Shown here: piece by piece, positions 1 to 14,100 of the stretch
How positions within the stretch are numbered: position 1 is the first letter of the stretch
Layout of the letters: the number at the start of each line of letters is the position of its first letter
Assembly (NCBI GenBank): GCA_002633005.1
Contig: NMRA01000031.1
Coordinates: forward strand, 1,087,004-1,151,003
DNA: 64,000 nt
Source of the DNA: Phoronis australis
Lineage: Eukaryota; Animalia; Phoronida
Direction: 5' to 3'
Notes under the pieces: model-generated
Databases searched by the model: none
Seen by the model: only the letters and a program-made list of their open reading frames with translations
Told to the model about the DNA's origin: nothing
Translations under genes and position numbers: made by a program

Positions 1-1217
1 GAAATAATTAAAACCCTTTCAACACCGCAGACCACTTAAGCGGTCTCTGAAATTTATCGGTCTCACGACATGCCGAACTTCAAGCAACAGCATAGTATAG
101 TTGATTGGTTGATTGAGGGAATTCTTTTGTGTACATCACAAATTTAAATATAGACTTACCTTCATTTTTAAAAGCTTTTCTGATTCTTTGTTGAGATGTA
201 ACGTGAGTTATTGAAGGGGTTTTCCAAGAATTTATGGATGACTCATGAAAACAAAATGTCGGCCGACGGCGATTCAGATGTAGACTTTTCAGATGACGAA
301 ATTGGCAATAATTTGTATGCTTTTTACTTAATTAATATACGAGTTAAACCAAAAAGGAATTCTTATGTATCTGACCAGATTTTGTTGGCTGTGACGACAA
401 AGAAGTTGAATTTCATGGCTTTGAACCGGAGGAAAACTTTACAGGTTGTGAATTTTGCAATAGGGTCAAACAAACACCATGAACTCCGACAACTTCGCAA
501 ATTTTCTGAACATGTGGAGTCTTCTAGAGTGTACGATTTTTCTGAAAGGAAGTTGAGTACTTTCAAAATTTCTATATCGATGAAATATTCGGTGAAATTG
601 TCAGGATAATTAATTTGAATGCCCAAACGAAGCGCGAGTCACAACTGGACGTGGACAAATTTGAATCGCTGAACTTAACGATTGCCGAATTTTCACTTTA
701 TTGCCTTCAAAGGTTAATAGAAGATATGAATTATGATCGAAAATGTATCTTAAGAAATGGTACTGAAGAATATTGACAACACTATTACTCATAAATCATT
801 TTTATTCTTTAAAAGATACATTGAATTGGCAAATTGGCAAACAAACAGCTGCATTTCAGGTGTAACTTACCTGCATCACCTGAGAGTGTAATTTTGGTGA
901 AATTGTAGATAAAGTTCATTCCATTCTCTACATTTTGGTGTGTCACACTTTGAAATTCAATGAGAAATGGATTGTCTATGGAATTTTGAAAACAAGCACC
1001 TCAGTTTAGCCCATGTGTGCAGAGTTACTTGGGGTTCAAGGACACAATGGCCGACAGTTACTTGGAGGTGAAAGAGTAGGCAGACAGAAATTTGGTCTAG
1101 CACTTGTACTTCCCAATTGTCAAGTAATAGTTTAGTCATGTAGTTTTCAGCACATAACTGTGTGGAAATAATTTGTACAAATTTTCTCAGAAAGTAACAG
1201 TTATGGATATATTCTCA

Positions 1218-1719
1218 AGGCCCTTTCATACTAACGTCAATGTGTTGGGGAGTTGGGGAATTGCGGTCAGTATGAATGGTTAACTTCAGTCCTGGTTCAA
1301 AGTTAACAATGACGGTTAACTTTGCAGTAAACATGTGGATTTAACAGCAGAGCGTCAACGCTGCATTGCAGTATGAATGGTCAACTTTGGTCTCGATGAA
1401 GTTATCGGCAGGGTCCACTGTTATTGTCAACAATTAAAGGGCAGTGTCATCGTTAATACTTGCTTATATTTTGCTCGGATAATCACCAGTGGAATTAAAA
1501 ATAAATTTTATATCAATTAGCGCGTAACTGTTCTCAAATTGTCGCATTAAAAAAATTGAGCGGGCACGAGATGCATCATCACTACCTTGCAATTATTTCG
1601 ATGATGACAGCGTCACCTACCGTTTACTACCAAAGCTGGTATGAATGATTCAATATTAATTTAGCAGTTTACGTCGACGCTACGCTCATGCCGGAATTAA
1701 AGTTAGTATGACAGGGCCT
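1218..1719. mobile_element. PIF/Harbinger-like MITE
   Basis: 18-bp TIR aggccctttcatactaac / gttagtatgacagggcct (1 mismatch), 3-bp TSD TCA at 1215-1217 and 1720-1722, and repeated internal motif cagtatgaatggt(t/c)aactt. Confidence 0.8.
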
Positions 1720-2150
1720 TCAGATAGTTTATTCGTTTGCTGAAGTGCAATAATTATGTGGAAGGCAAAACCAAATTTTTGGTCTGAGGTCACAAGTCAC
1801 TTTTCGTGAACCATACCCCAGGGGCCGGGATCTTATTTGTGTACTCCAAATTAAAATTATTTTTGTATTTTCTATTCTAATTTTGTAAAAACTCAAAATA
1901 AGTGACTTAGTCTGTGCTCGAGTACATTAGGGTTTATGCATACAAGTTTCGAGTCCAAGTTTTCTTTTGGTGACTCCTGCAGACATGCTACAAACTGGAG
2001 ATTTAGAGTAAAAACTTGAAATTTCAAATTCAGACTCAAACTTATAACCTTATGCTGAATAGTGCACACTAAGATAAAAAAGTTATGCACCAAGCCATTA
2101 TGTACTCCAGCACAGACTAATAGCCACTTCTATGGTTTACACAAACCTAG

Positions 2151-2666
2151 AAAAGAAAAGGCCAAAAATAATTTCAAGTTTGATTTCAAGTACAGAGATT
2201 AGATCAGGACACCCTTTTGTATGTTTCAAGTAAAACGATTAGTCCCCAGCCTTGGCCTTATGAAGACTTGATTGGTAGTTATTGCTTGTGCCAAACTCAA
2301 TAGCTCACTTGCGAGTTTCTCGCTAGTCACTGTGACGTCACCGGAAAGGGGGCAAAACCCGCCATATTGCTCTTGTTTTGCCCCGAGTCTTTGCTACACA
2401 CGCTAAAACTTACTGGAGTTCTTATGGTGAATTTTACGCTTAAAACATTAAAACAACTTAAGATATGGTAGATGGGTCGTGGAATAACTGTGAATAGACG
2501 AAGAAAATGTGACCNAAAAGAAAAGGCCAAAAATAATTTCAAGTTTGATTTCAAGTACAGAGATTAGATCAGGACACCCTTTTGTATGTTTCAAGTAAAA
2601 CGATTAGTCCCCAGCCTTGGCCTTATGAAGACTTGATTGGTAGTTATTGCTTGTGCCAAACTCAAT
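2151..2666. repeat. Identical 151-bp direct duplication around an assembly N
   Basis: 2151-2301 equals 2516-2666; the second copy starts immediately after the n at 2515. Confidence 0.9.
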
Positions 2667-4899
2667 TAGTCCCTTGTAAACTGTTGTCATATTTTCCTTT
2701 GAATGTAATATGACTGGCTATGTAGGTTAGTTACGTAATACATTCAGGGAGCATAATGACAAGTCATGTAAAGTCAACTTAAAAACATTGACAAGCTTTT
2801 AGAAACAAATCTTCAAATTAAAATGTATTCTTAATTTTTAGTCGTACAGTAATTCTCCCACAATAATAATTGCCAAATTTGTCAGTTTTAAATTGTCATT
2901 TTTCCAATTTTCTAAAGCTGGTTATCTTTGTGCAAGTGATGGAAACTTTACCAAATTTTGTTTTGTGACATCTACACTGCATACACTCAGCTGATGATAT
3001 ACTAACATGTTGTTGAAGTAATCTTTTTGTGGAGAAGTTTGGCGAAATGTTATTTCGCTCGTCAGTCGTATGGTGTACTAGATGGGTGAAGAGTTGTCCT
3101 ATAGTAAGGGCTTGTTTTATGTAGAAGAGTGAAAGTGCTGCCATTCAGAACCAATAGTACACAGGTTCTTTATGGAACAATTAGTCATGCAACAATTGGC
3201 ATCCTGTTTGAAATGCAGCAATTATGTTCTTAATGCATTTTTGCTTCCTATCTCAATGTCTGTTTTATGTAGAAAAAAATAAACCCCCGTCTATACATAG
3301 TACCAGCAATGCACTGTGCTGATTAGTAAAAGAACCCGTAATTTATTATGCTTAGCACCCTGGTTGAAGTACCATGGTTTTTAGAAGATGTGTGTTAGAA
3401 GCACTTAATATCTGTTTATCACAGGGACCTCTTCATGCAGGATGTAATCAAAGACTAATGATAGTGTGGTATAATAAGCTAATTGGCTCCCTTCCGGTAC
3501 CAAGGATAAATTTTGTAAATAACTGTTTAAATAATGAGTGTTGACTTGTAAAGCTAAATATTTTTAAAATCCTTGGCAGTCAAACATTCTTACTTTGTGC
3601 GCAACAGTAATGCCCACATGTTAATGATTTATACTATTTCTAAAAAATTTTTCATTGAGATTGGCATATTTTCCACAAGTATGAGTTTCTTCACACGAAA
3701 CTTGCATATTCTGTTTTTTTATTTTAGCTACAATAAGTGTCTTTGATTTTTTTCAAAAGCCTTTTGGCCAGAGTTCTCAGTCAAAATGAAAATGTCAATA
3801 TTTTTGATAAAGCGGAAGTAGTCTTATTTTTGAGCTCTTAGGCTAAAAGTCCTTAAAAGGAAATTCCAAGTTATGCTTTTGTAGCTAATGGACAAAATTG
3901 ACAATTGTTTGCGTAAAAATCATGTTTCCACTTGACAGTAAAACGTGGTGATCTCTGCGAAAAATCCAGATTTTTTTTAGAAAAAAGTCATGATGACGAA
4001 GATTTGGGTTTTTGTTTAATACGTTATTATGTGCTCGTCAACGATTTTGACAATACAGAGTTTTTGGGTCCACTGTCAACACTTGTAAATTATTTAAGAA
4101 ATTTGATCCTTGGTAACCAAGGTAGCCAAGTACCTTTTTCTTTGCTAAGCAACAACAAGAATACCATCCCAGTGATCACTGCTTTGAAGGTGTGTTGGAG
4201 TCATATTACCTTATAGACAGTCCTCTGATAATCACTGTCTGTTGGTCTCTGGCTGATAAATCTAGACAAGATTGAAGTGAACTAGTTTCTCAAGGTCATA
4301 CCACTGCTCCCCAAGGAATGATTGTTTTCAATCAGCTGTGAATTGCACAGACATTTAATAGCTTACTATTGATGTCATGAGTGTTATATACAGACATGAC
4401 AGGATGGAACTGCAATATTTGCAGTGTAATTCAATAATTTAGATCTAGTAATACAAGCTCATTTCAAATGCCTTTGACAAAGTTCATGAATCTACTTGTA
4501 TTTGGGGTGAATGTCTTGAAGCAAGCTTTTATGACAAGGACTTGGTTTGTGTCGTGATATGAATGAATCACTTGCTTTAATCCATGCATTGCAGAGAAGT
4601 GCTCGCTCTTAATAAATTATGTCTTTAGGCTGTAGGTTGTGAACTTCTCAAGATTTTTTAAGTAGTTTAAAGGTTGTTAGTTTCATATGTACTCCAAAGT
4701 TTATAACTACAGGAAGGAATTTAAGTTGTCACAATTGACAGCCATTTCAAGTATTCGAACAGATTTGACAAGACAGTTATGTCGTATTAATTTTATAAAA
4801 ATACACTGAAGTGAAATTGGACAAAAAACACAGCCCGAGCTCTGGTCTTTGTTAGCATCTGGAATACATCTGCCTTTTGGACGCTAGCTTTGTCCGGAA

Positions 4900-5075
4900 A
4901 TATGCTCTTCTTGACAATAAGATGCGCAAACCTATGCAACTAGTATTGGGAGATAGTCATATCTTAAGTAATGCCGCGCAATCGATGAAAAGCAGCTCAA
5001 GAACATGATGTTGGGCTTGACTGATGTACGCGCACTCCTAATTGAATAATACTAGAAAGCCAAGCACGATTCTGA
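4900..5075 (+). promoter_or_regulatory. Candidate promoter/5' UTR of the LRP1-like gene
   Basis: Local CpG/GCGC enrichment in otherwise CpG-poor, non-repetitive sequence directly upstream of the candidate start ATG. Confidence 0.25.
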
Positions 5076-5121
5076 ATGTTTTTTTATCCAAATCGTTTTG
5101 CATTATTTATCATCACCCGTG
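5076..5121 (+). CDS. LRP1: Putative exon 1 (signal peptide [15 protein letters not shown])
   Basis: ATG at 5076 follows an in-frame TGA in a locally CpG-enriched region. The phase-1 donor G|gtacgc joins exon 2 to give [22 protein letters not shown], which is signal-peptide-like. An alternative in-frame phase-1 donor is at 5211|gtaggg. Confidence 0.4.
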
Positions 5122-8100
5122 GTACGCATCTGTTTCCATGTTTTTGTCTCTTCCCTGGAGACTGTTTGCCTGCATTTCCTTGGAATTTTGTTGGAATCGC
5201 TGCAATCTCTGGTAGGGAACGCAGTTGTGGGTTTGTTTCCTCATCTGCCTCGTCTTGTGCATGCGAAATTCGATACGGAGAACGATTTTGAATGGATTTC
5301 GATGTAATTTTCTATAGGGAATAAATCAAGAACCAAGCGACGAGATGAACTAACACTAACGAGGTTTCTTATCTCGATAATTGCAAAATGATGAAAACAA
5401 CTCCCTTACCTGGAAAAGATACTGTTGAGAGCTGTGATAATATGGTGTGAATGTTTGATTGATTTTTGAAGTGGTGTTGTTCAGTTTCCTTGTGAGCTGT
5501 GATGGCTTGGTGGAGGGCCTACGATATCAGTTGTTATTTCTGCGGTGTTAATTGAGCACGGTTTTTTGTTGTTTTTATTACGATTGGTTTTGATGGATGC
5601 CCCCAATGATGTCTGTTGAACACTGAAAGATTATACGTATTACGTATTGTGCTCGGAAGGTGACATCATCATGTTGTATTGAGGGTTACATGTCATATGG
5701 GCTGATGGAGAGCAATGTTGCCCCCCCCCCCGGTCCATGACCTGATGTGCCCTAGGCGTCGGTCTATGTTTGATTTATTATCATACCACCAATTCCTCTT
5801 TCTTACGATCTTTTGTCTAATAAGTCCCATTTAGACATCAACTTTTGGCCCGGCGCAACTGACACAGAGCAAATTAACCCATGTCAAGCGGCCGTTTACA
5901 CACTCAACTCACTAACCGTGGCATGACGGAAATTGCAGGCTAGAGAGACTGGATCGCGCATGCGCAGGTTTACAAATGACGAGAGTTGCAGAGACAAAGA
6001 ACCTGTATGAAGATCATTGCACAAGTGCAGTAGAGACGATCCTTTCCGCCTTGCTCCTGTTTCACGTTTAGACTTAAAATTGACGCGGCGCAAGATGTTC
6101 AGGCGCAAATTGCTCTACCTCACAAACGGGTGGCAAAAATTTGTCAGCGCGGTGTCAATTTGCTCCGTGTCTATCCATTTACACACTGGAACAACTTGTT
6201 CAGTGTCAGCTGATTCGTGTCAACTTTGTAAGTGTAAACCCACTTTACATTGACATGTTCTTGTTCTTACTTGGATTGGTTAACTGACATTGCTTGCTGT
6301 TTTTGTCTAGGTTCTTAGTTTCAAGTTCTCTGATTGCGAATAACGACATCTCAGGCTGGGCAACATTAATAAAAATTGATATTCTGCGACAAGCTTGATC
6401 AATATTACCTTATAACGGAAGTAATCGTAAGACATGCTATTTTAATTCTGTCTTTGATGTAGTTTGAGCTAATTACCAATACATATATCTTAGTTTTTAG
6501 CCACAGTTTTAGTTTTGAAGTACCGTAAGCTCCTTACTGTACTCTTTTATTACAGGTAACTCAGTAATTAAATGTTAACTTGCCAATTTTTATTAGGTCT
6601 ACAGGGATATTTCTGGACTGTGCCTTTGGGCCATTAGCTCATTGAATATAAAAAGGCGAAGGTACATTGCAGCAGTGTGTCCTACGGATGCATCTTTTAA
6701 AACACAACGCTTCCAAAAATACAGGTTTCTAGTCAACTTGCAGCCAGTCAGGTAAAACACGACTGTTCTTATTTCGATTGCCCTTGGAGTTTCTGTTTCA
6801 TATGTTACCACTTTTATTACACTAAGCCTGCTGGGCACAACTTTTTGAAAAAGGCACACTTTTTATCATCAGGTGCACCCAATGGGCACGGGTTCAAACC
6901 TGGTCAGGTATATCCATTGATCTGTATTAATCTCTCCTATTGTGGTCTAGGGAGGCTGAATCTAGGTGATTTTACTGTCTGAGTTTCTGATTTCATGAAC
7001 TCGCAGTTTGTCTCTGGTTTTATATGTCAACAATGGCAGTGACTACAGTTGTCCAATGATGGCCCAGTTGAGGACTATTTACTGTAATATTATCTCTAAA
7101 TTTTTGTAGTCCATTATTTTTGTCTTAGTCACTAAAATGCCGTCTACACTACAAAAGTTGACAGTGATCAGCTGACACGGAACGAGATGTTATAGCGCAA
7201 GTATGTGTGTAAACAGGACTGACCTGGAGCAAATTGACACCGCGGTGACAAGTTTTGCCACCGTTTTGTGAGGTGGAGCGATTTGCACTTGATCATCTTG
7301 CTTTGTGTCAATCATATGCCTAAACGTGAAACTGGCGCAAGGCGGTAAGGATCAATTCTACTGTGCTTGTGCAATGACCTACATACGGGTTCTCTGTCTC
7401 TGCAACTCCTGTCATGTGTAAACCCACTCATGTGCATTCCATTCTCCAGCCTACAACTTCCGTCTTGCCACAGTTACTGAGTTGTGTGTGTAAACGGCCG
7501 TTGTTACTGAGTTGTGTGTGTAAACGGCCGTTGTTACTGAGTTGTGTGTGTAAACGGCCGCTTGACACTGATCAATTTGCTCCCTGTCAGTGGTGCCGGG
7601 CCAAAAGTTGAAGTCTAAACTGGACTTAACACATCAGGAGAGGAGGAGGGGGGGTCTCCTACATTTTGAGGAGGGGATGTGTTTTCACGTACAACATCCT
7701 GGCCATTGAACATAAACAACTGGGAAAATGGCGACCACTTTAATCGTGATAGAACAAAACACTAAAGGTGATGGAATACATACCAGCCTGCACTGGAGGC
7801 ATATCCCTACCATTTTCAAATGAATTGTATGGTAAATCAAAGACAACATATTTGCTACTTAGGAATTGTCATGTGTGTCCTGGTGGAGAGGCCACTTGTG
7901 CTTTCGTGGGGGACCATCTGCCAATCAAAACTTAAGGTCTACTTGTGAACAGACGTACATGAACGTAGATCATGTCACAGAAATAATAGCCAAAATTGAT
8001 CGTTTTAAAGCTCACGCTTTTTATAACGCTCTGAATGCCTACCGTACCGTTTCTTAAAACATTTCCTGTTGGTAGCTGAACGAGTGTTGATTTAAAGCAT

Positions 8101-11100
8101 TAATTTGGTGCTACTTGTCTTTTATGAAACTTTTGTAATAAAATTTCGTTTGTCCATCGTAGTTTTTGTGTTCTGTCTTGGTGACATTTTTGTGTACACA
8201 GATAACTTTATCACATGCTCCTGTGCAGCAATATCTGTTCTGTTTATAATTTGGCTTACTCCAAGTCTTTGAAAAAAATGAGTGCAGTCATGGTATGATT
8301 AAGAGGTTACTTTTGTGAACATTTGGAGGGCTATTGTATGAATAACAGTATCCTGTCTGTACATATAAGAAACATGTGTACGGCAGTTAACGGGCCCGTT
8401 CCAAGAGAACTGACCTAGCTAAGGCAAATCTTAAATTTCAGCCAATTTTAATACAAAACTTAAATTTGTCTCAAGTCCGTTCCAAGAAATAGGTCTTAAG
8501 TTTGACTTAAGTTTTTTACTAAAGTTTTGTCTTAATTTTGACTAACTTACCGCATGTGGAAGTTTCAAAGTTTGGAAATTGAGCCAAATCTTAGACTTGT
8601 CAAAAATGAACTTAAGAACACTGAAATTAGACTACTACTTCAAAATATTTGTTTAAGTTACATGCAGGTGGTGCTACATGTTTGCACACAAACAACCTAG
8701 TGACACAGCAAATTTCAACATCTTGGATAATGGCTATTGTCAGTGTTTTCAAGATTGAAAAAACTAAACAAATTGTGATTTTAAATAGTTTGTTTTTTTG
8801 ACTGAAAAAAATCCTTCCATTTAACCAATTTTTCAGATCAATAGAATTTCATTTTGTCAATTTTTTGACAAAAATGACTTTACAAGTTAGCATTAAGTGA
8901 AATTTTAAACATTTGCCATAAAATTTTTAGTCTTTATGAATGAATGAAATATTGTCAATTCTAGCAATTGTTTTTTACTTTTTCTAAAGTTAAAAAATTC
9001 TTAAACACTGGATGTGATCAGTTCTGTGATTGGAATCCGATTCTACGTGCATTCAACAACAATGAATTAGACCCGAGTACTATCGCCACTTTCCGAAGTA
9101 CAAGCCGTGCCTCGTGTGAGTGCGCTGTATTTACCCAAAATGCTGCACGTCAGTAGGGTACTTGTCTCACTTATGGCGTGGTATTGAGTATTTTACAGGA
9201 AAATATATTCACCTTAGGTCATGCAAATGCCAAATAAGACAATAAAGTTTAACTGTCGCACAGTGAGAGCTACATTGATGACATTTGAAAATTGTTCATG
9301 TGGCCTATGATCTATGGTTGCTCACTTGACTCTGCTCACAAGTGCACTAATCGCCTGTCTTTCGAAAATTTGTTTGGTCATAGAGTGCATTTTCTATCTC
9401 CACAAATGAGAGTTGAATTCGAGATATGACAATTGGTATCAGCTTGTGCTTGTCAGACATAGAACTTACAAAGTTTTGTTATGTAAGTTATTTTATATAA
9501 GTCATATTTTTCATTTATCAGCTGTTTTTGCAACAAACTTCTTATTTCAATAAGTTTTCTATTTGATATCTGGTTGTGATTGAGCGTGTGGACTGGTTCC
9601 AGTTTGCATTTATTGAGTTCTGTTGAGCCTTCAGCCTTGTCCATATCAATGTTGACTTGCTCTTGAAATCCTCAAATCTGCCTGTGGCTGTTTGTGGTTT
9701 AGATCTCTCTGGTTCCAGCTTACTGGCTGTTATGTTGCTAATGAGAGTATTTGTTTGGCTATGTGTGATATGGGTACTTAGGAAGTGTGCCTGTTGACAT
9801 GGTAATGTTTTTGTGAACTATTTTAGCAAGTAAATTGTCTCCAATGCTGTGTGAGCATATGCCATTGCTCCCTGGTAGCTTCTGCTCGCAGGGTGATGCA
9901 ATGGGATGTTTTGAGAAATACCCTGCTATTGTTAGCACCAGGTTGTGTAACCTTTGTTATTAATGCTTGGTCAATATTCTGTACTAGGTGTCCTGATCTT
10001 TTATATAACAGTCCTTATGTATCAGGGAGGAAGTACTTTTCACTGTCGGCATATTTAGACTCGTTGATGATTTTTTTCAAAAATATTTTTTTGCTCCAGT
10101 GTTCTTGATATGCAACTGTGTACGGATAGCACCTGCGTTTGCCTAAATGCCACTCCCTAGTTTTTCAAATTTTCAGTTTTCACCACCCCTAGCTGTTTAC
10201 ATCACTTTCTATTGTTGCACAATAGTACACACATGCCAGGTAACGGTATTCAAGTTAGTAAAATATTTCTGAAAGATAACCAGGGATCTACAGGTATTTT
10301 TGCTGAGGGAAAATTGAAAAATGTAGTGCTCTATTAAAAGCACAATGTCTTAAGCTATACTCAATATTCAGCTTCCAAAATGTCTGCATTTCCCTTATAT
10401 TCAGACTGGAACTGTCACGATGGTGACATACAATGAAGTCTCAAAAATTACTAAAATTGGTCATTTTCATTTTTTAAAAGGCTTCCAACGTTGTTGTGAA
10501 TAGTCTCTGAATCTGATGAGAGCTATGGTATAGACCTTTATAAAATGACCAAAACATTTATCTAGCGTTATCTTTTATGGGGGCCCCTATGGAAAGCAGT
10601 GTGAACTGATGGGTTACCCTCATTGTAAATATTACATTAATAAATAATAAATAATTAAGAAAATGAAAAAAAATAATTTCACTTTTTGTCCATGTTGTCA
10701 CTAACTTTGTGAGATTTTACCCTACTTCTTTGATAGTTTGGCCAAATAAATTAGGAATACAACGTATTGTAATGACGTTAATATGAAGTGGTATGCGGGC
10801 TGTGATGAACATCATCCATTGCAAATCACTGACCAGGGTCTAGTGAGGTCTGTGACCGATGCGGGGGGGCGGGGGGGGGGAATAACACAGCAGGGTGCCG
10901 ATTATGCGCCTATGTGAGGTACCTCATTAGTGCAAGTCGTCCACTTGCAGAACATATTGTTTTTCAAATTTAGGGACTATTCATGAATACAACTCTGCAG
11001 CTTGGTTATTGTGAGTTGTGCTCAATAGCATTTACCACTATTCTTCGCTTATTTTGCACAACAATAATTGTCAAAATGGTCATTTTCTATTTACCAAAGG

Positions 11101-14100
11101 CTGCAAATAATGAAAAAGTGTCAAAAGCTGCTTTATGACATCTACACACTTACATAAAAGTAATAAACTAAAATTTTCTTAGTTTTCATTTTTGTGAAGA
11201 AATCAGACAGCAGCACATTTTGCGTTAAATAATGAAGGGTTACCATACTATTTGATTGCTGCTATACTTTATTATACTTAGGAACATGCTCTCCATTCAA
11301 TGACAAAACAAAATTGCCTGCTTTCTGTCCAACTTTTTATTTAATCTCGCGTGTGAAGTGGCTATTTAACCAATAATCACCATACTTTTGCCATGATGGG
11401 CCAGCAAGTTATAAGTTCACTCAGAAACCAAGACTTGTCACTTATCAGTTACTACATCAAGATTCACTCTCACACTGGGCACAAGGTCATCACACACATG
11501 TATATGGTTGAATGACCTGCACAGACTTATACTGAAGATAGGAAACAGGTGACATTGTCTGACATAATCTAATTGAGACTGTGAGTTTGCTCTGGGCATT
11601 GGAGGCCCAAAGATCAGATTCTTCAAATTTAAAGCAATCTGTAAGAGTGGGAGTTTAAACTGGGTTGTCTTTCGTAGATCCGCGACATTCATAAAAAACT
11701 AGTCTAATTGTGTACTTCACTTGTAACGCATGGCGATATCACGCGTTGCCTTGGGTGACTGTGCATTTCTTGTGAGTTTGTTTTTAAACAGGAAACAGTA
11801 TTACTGGAAATGGAATTTCATGTTGTCCACTGAGTAAAATTTGCATTGTGTATAGCGAGATGTCACGAGTCGTTGGAAAAAATAAAAAAATTCATCAGTT
11901 AGAGCTCTTGGTCTTGTTCTTAATTGAAGGATGCTTTTTGTAAGTTGGCTAATCATCAATTTTATAAGTGTCATGAGGTGGACTTGAAGCGATAAACAAT
12001 AAAAACAGTTTAATTGGTGTCAACACTAGGAGTTACTTCAGAATAACTTGCCCTCGAACCTCCCCCCCCCTCCTCTCCGTTCAGCTTTGTGTCCACACTG
12101 CATACCCTACACCATGTGGCAAACCTGCAAGAATGATTAGACACTCCTAATATTTTAACTGGGCAAACTCACAAGTGGTAATTACTACGGTGTTGTGTGC
12201 AGATTTGCATGCACTCTATGACTTACAGTTCTCCTTATCTTACCTCGGTAAGGTGGGGCAAGTTGTCACAGGTGTGTCAAGTTGTCTCAGCTAAAAGATT
12301 ACTACTAAACCAACTGACAACTTGTTGCGGGTGTAACTTGTTCAAGGGCAACTACCACAGCTTGCTTATACGAAAGAGATTACAGTCAGTGCACAAGTCA
12401 CAGTCAGTGCACAAGTCACAGTCAGTGCACAAGTCACAGTCAGTGCACAAGTCACAGTCAGTGCACAAGTCACAGTCAGTGCACAAGCCACAGTCAGTGC
12501 ACAAGTCACAGTCAGTGCGCAAGTCACAGTCAGTGCGCAAGTCACAGTCAGTGCGCAAGTCACAGTCAGTGCACAAGTCACAGTCAAGGTACAAGTCACA
12601 GTCAATGCACAAGTCACATTATTCAAAATGATGTGCTAGTGGGTGAAGATTTTTATTTTGTGATGTTAGAGCGCTTCACAAAGTAATGCACGACTGGAGG
12701 TTATGTGGCTGGACTTGTATTCTGAAGTACAAATATGGCATTTGTTTGTTGCCCGTGTTCGGGTAACAGGCCACCGCCAGTTTCTTGAAATTTCATGTTT
12801 AAGCGCCTGTGTCCGGTTAAGCGCCCAGACCCAATTTAACTTCCCAGGGCGTTAATCTGAATACTTCTGGTAATAAAGTGGATGTCTCTGAAGAAATATG
12901 GCGGGGCTTTTATACCGTGTTAGACTCTCTCCATTTTAGGACACAATGTGGCGTACAATTGAAATTATATTTTTTGTGGTTTTCATAAAAGATATTAAGC
13001 ATCAAATTAATGCTTTACCGTGTTAAGTTTTGTACCACATCTGCCTTTTGAAAATATTTTGAAAAAATGTGTTTCACTGTTTGAATCATGCACAAGACTG
13101 GCTTCCTGGTGTTGGCACACAGACTTGTACTAGTTCACATCATGTTGTTGTTCTTACTTTTTACCTGTTGTGATTTGAACTGGTGATGAGATAAGCTAAG
13201 CCGATTGCCTTAGCACAAGTGTAATAATAATGTATAATGCCTCTTAACCTTTAGTAATATTGCATTGTTATTAGGTCCTCGTTGTTATGAGATAATACAG
13301 CCAAAGGGTATTTTAAGAGCTAGCCCTCAGCCACCGCTCCCCAAGATAATGGTAAAATCTAACCAATTTAGGACACGGGTGAACAGGTGAATTTTATTTT
13401 CACCTTTTTCATAAATGATATTCAATACCAGAGAATGATTCTTTGTCGTATCTTGGTTCTGTACCATAGCTGGCTACCGAAAATATTTTGAAAAACTATG
13501 GCTGCTCACAATATTAAAACCGCTTGAGAATTTTGACAATCATTTTGTCTGAAATTGGTGAGGTTTTACTGTAAATAAACATTAATTTGTAATGCCGTCA
13601 GGTTTGAGGTATTGTTCAATGTAATGATACCATGGACATGACACGGAACTCCTCTATCCAGTAATTGTCCGGCACTTAACACACAGGGCTATCCGGTGTC
13701 CAGTGAGGGTCGGAAACCTAACACATGGGACTGTCCAGTGTCCAGTGAGAGTCAGGCACCTCACAAATGGGCTATCCAGTGAGAGTCTGGCCCCTAATCA
13801 CACGGGGCTATCCAGTGTCCAGTGAGTGTCGGTCACCTAAGACACAGGGTTGATCGATAGCCTCACCTCACTTAGTGCTCAAGTCACAAGTAAAATGTTC
13901 ACTGAACCCATTTTCATCCATTGTTTCTTGTCTGTTGCAGTTGTTGGTTACCCAGAGATTGTTGGTCGTTATAGTGATGTCCAAGTGGTCAACAGACAGA
14001 ATGTATCAGTTACGCTGAATTGTACCGTCAGGAATCAGGGCCCTAATACGGTGAGTAGGGTGGACGCAAAAGAAAATCAATCTATATTTGCTATTTATAG

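Noticed and set aside
9-720. Possible piggyBac remnant (ttaaaacccttt start; acidic peptide MSADGDSDVDFSDDE in ORF 211-609)
   Set aside because: No convincing right TIR and no transposase core motifs; too weak to call.
5138-5211. Better-looking signal peptide [24 protein letters not shown] from ATG 5138 to donor 5211
   Set aside because: Requires deleting one base from a T run; as given, this frame hits TAG at the donor. Only raw reads could rescue it.
12197-12631. Repetitive ORFs (QSVHKS)n, (CTDCDL)n and (VTCALT)n, including a metallothionein-like Cys pattern
   Set aside because: All three arise from one stop-free 18-bp minisatellite in an intron; there is no splice or start context.
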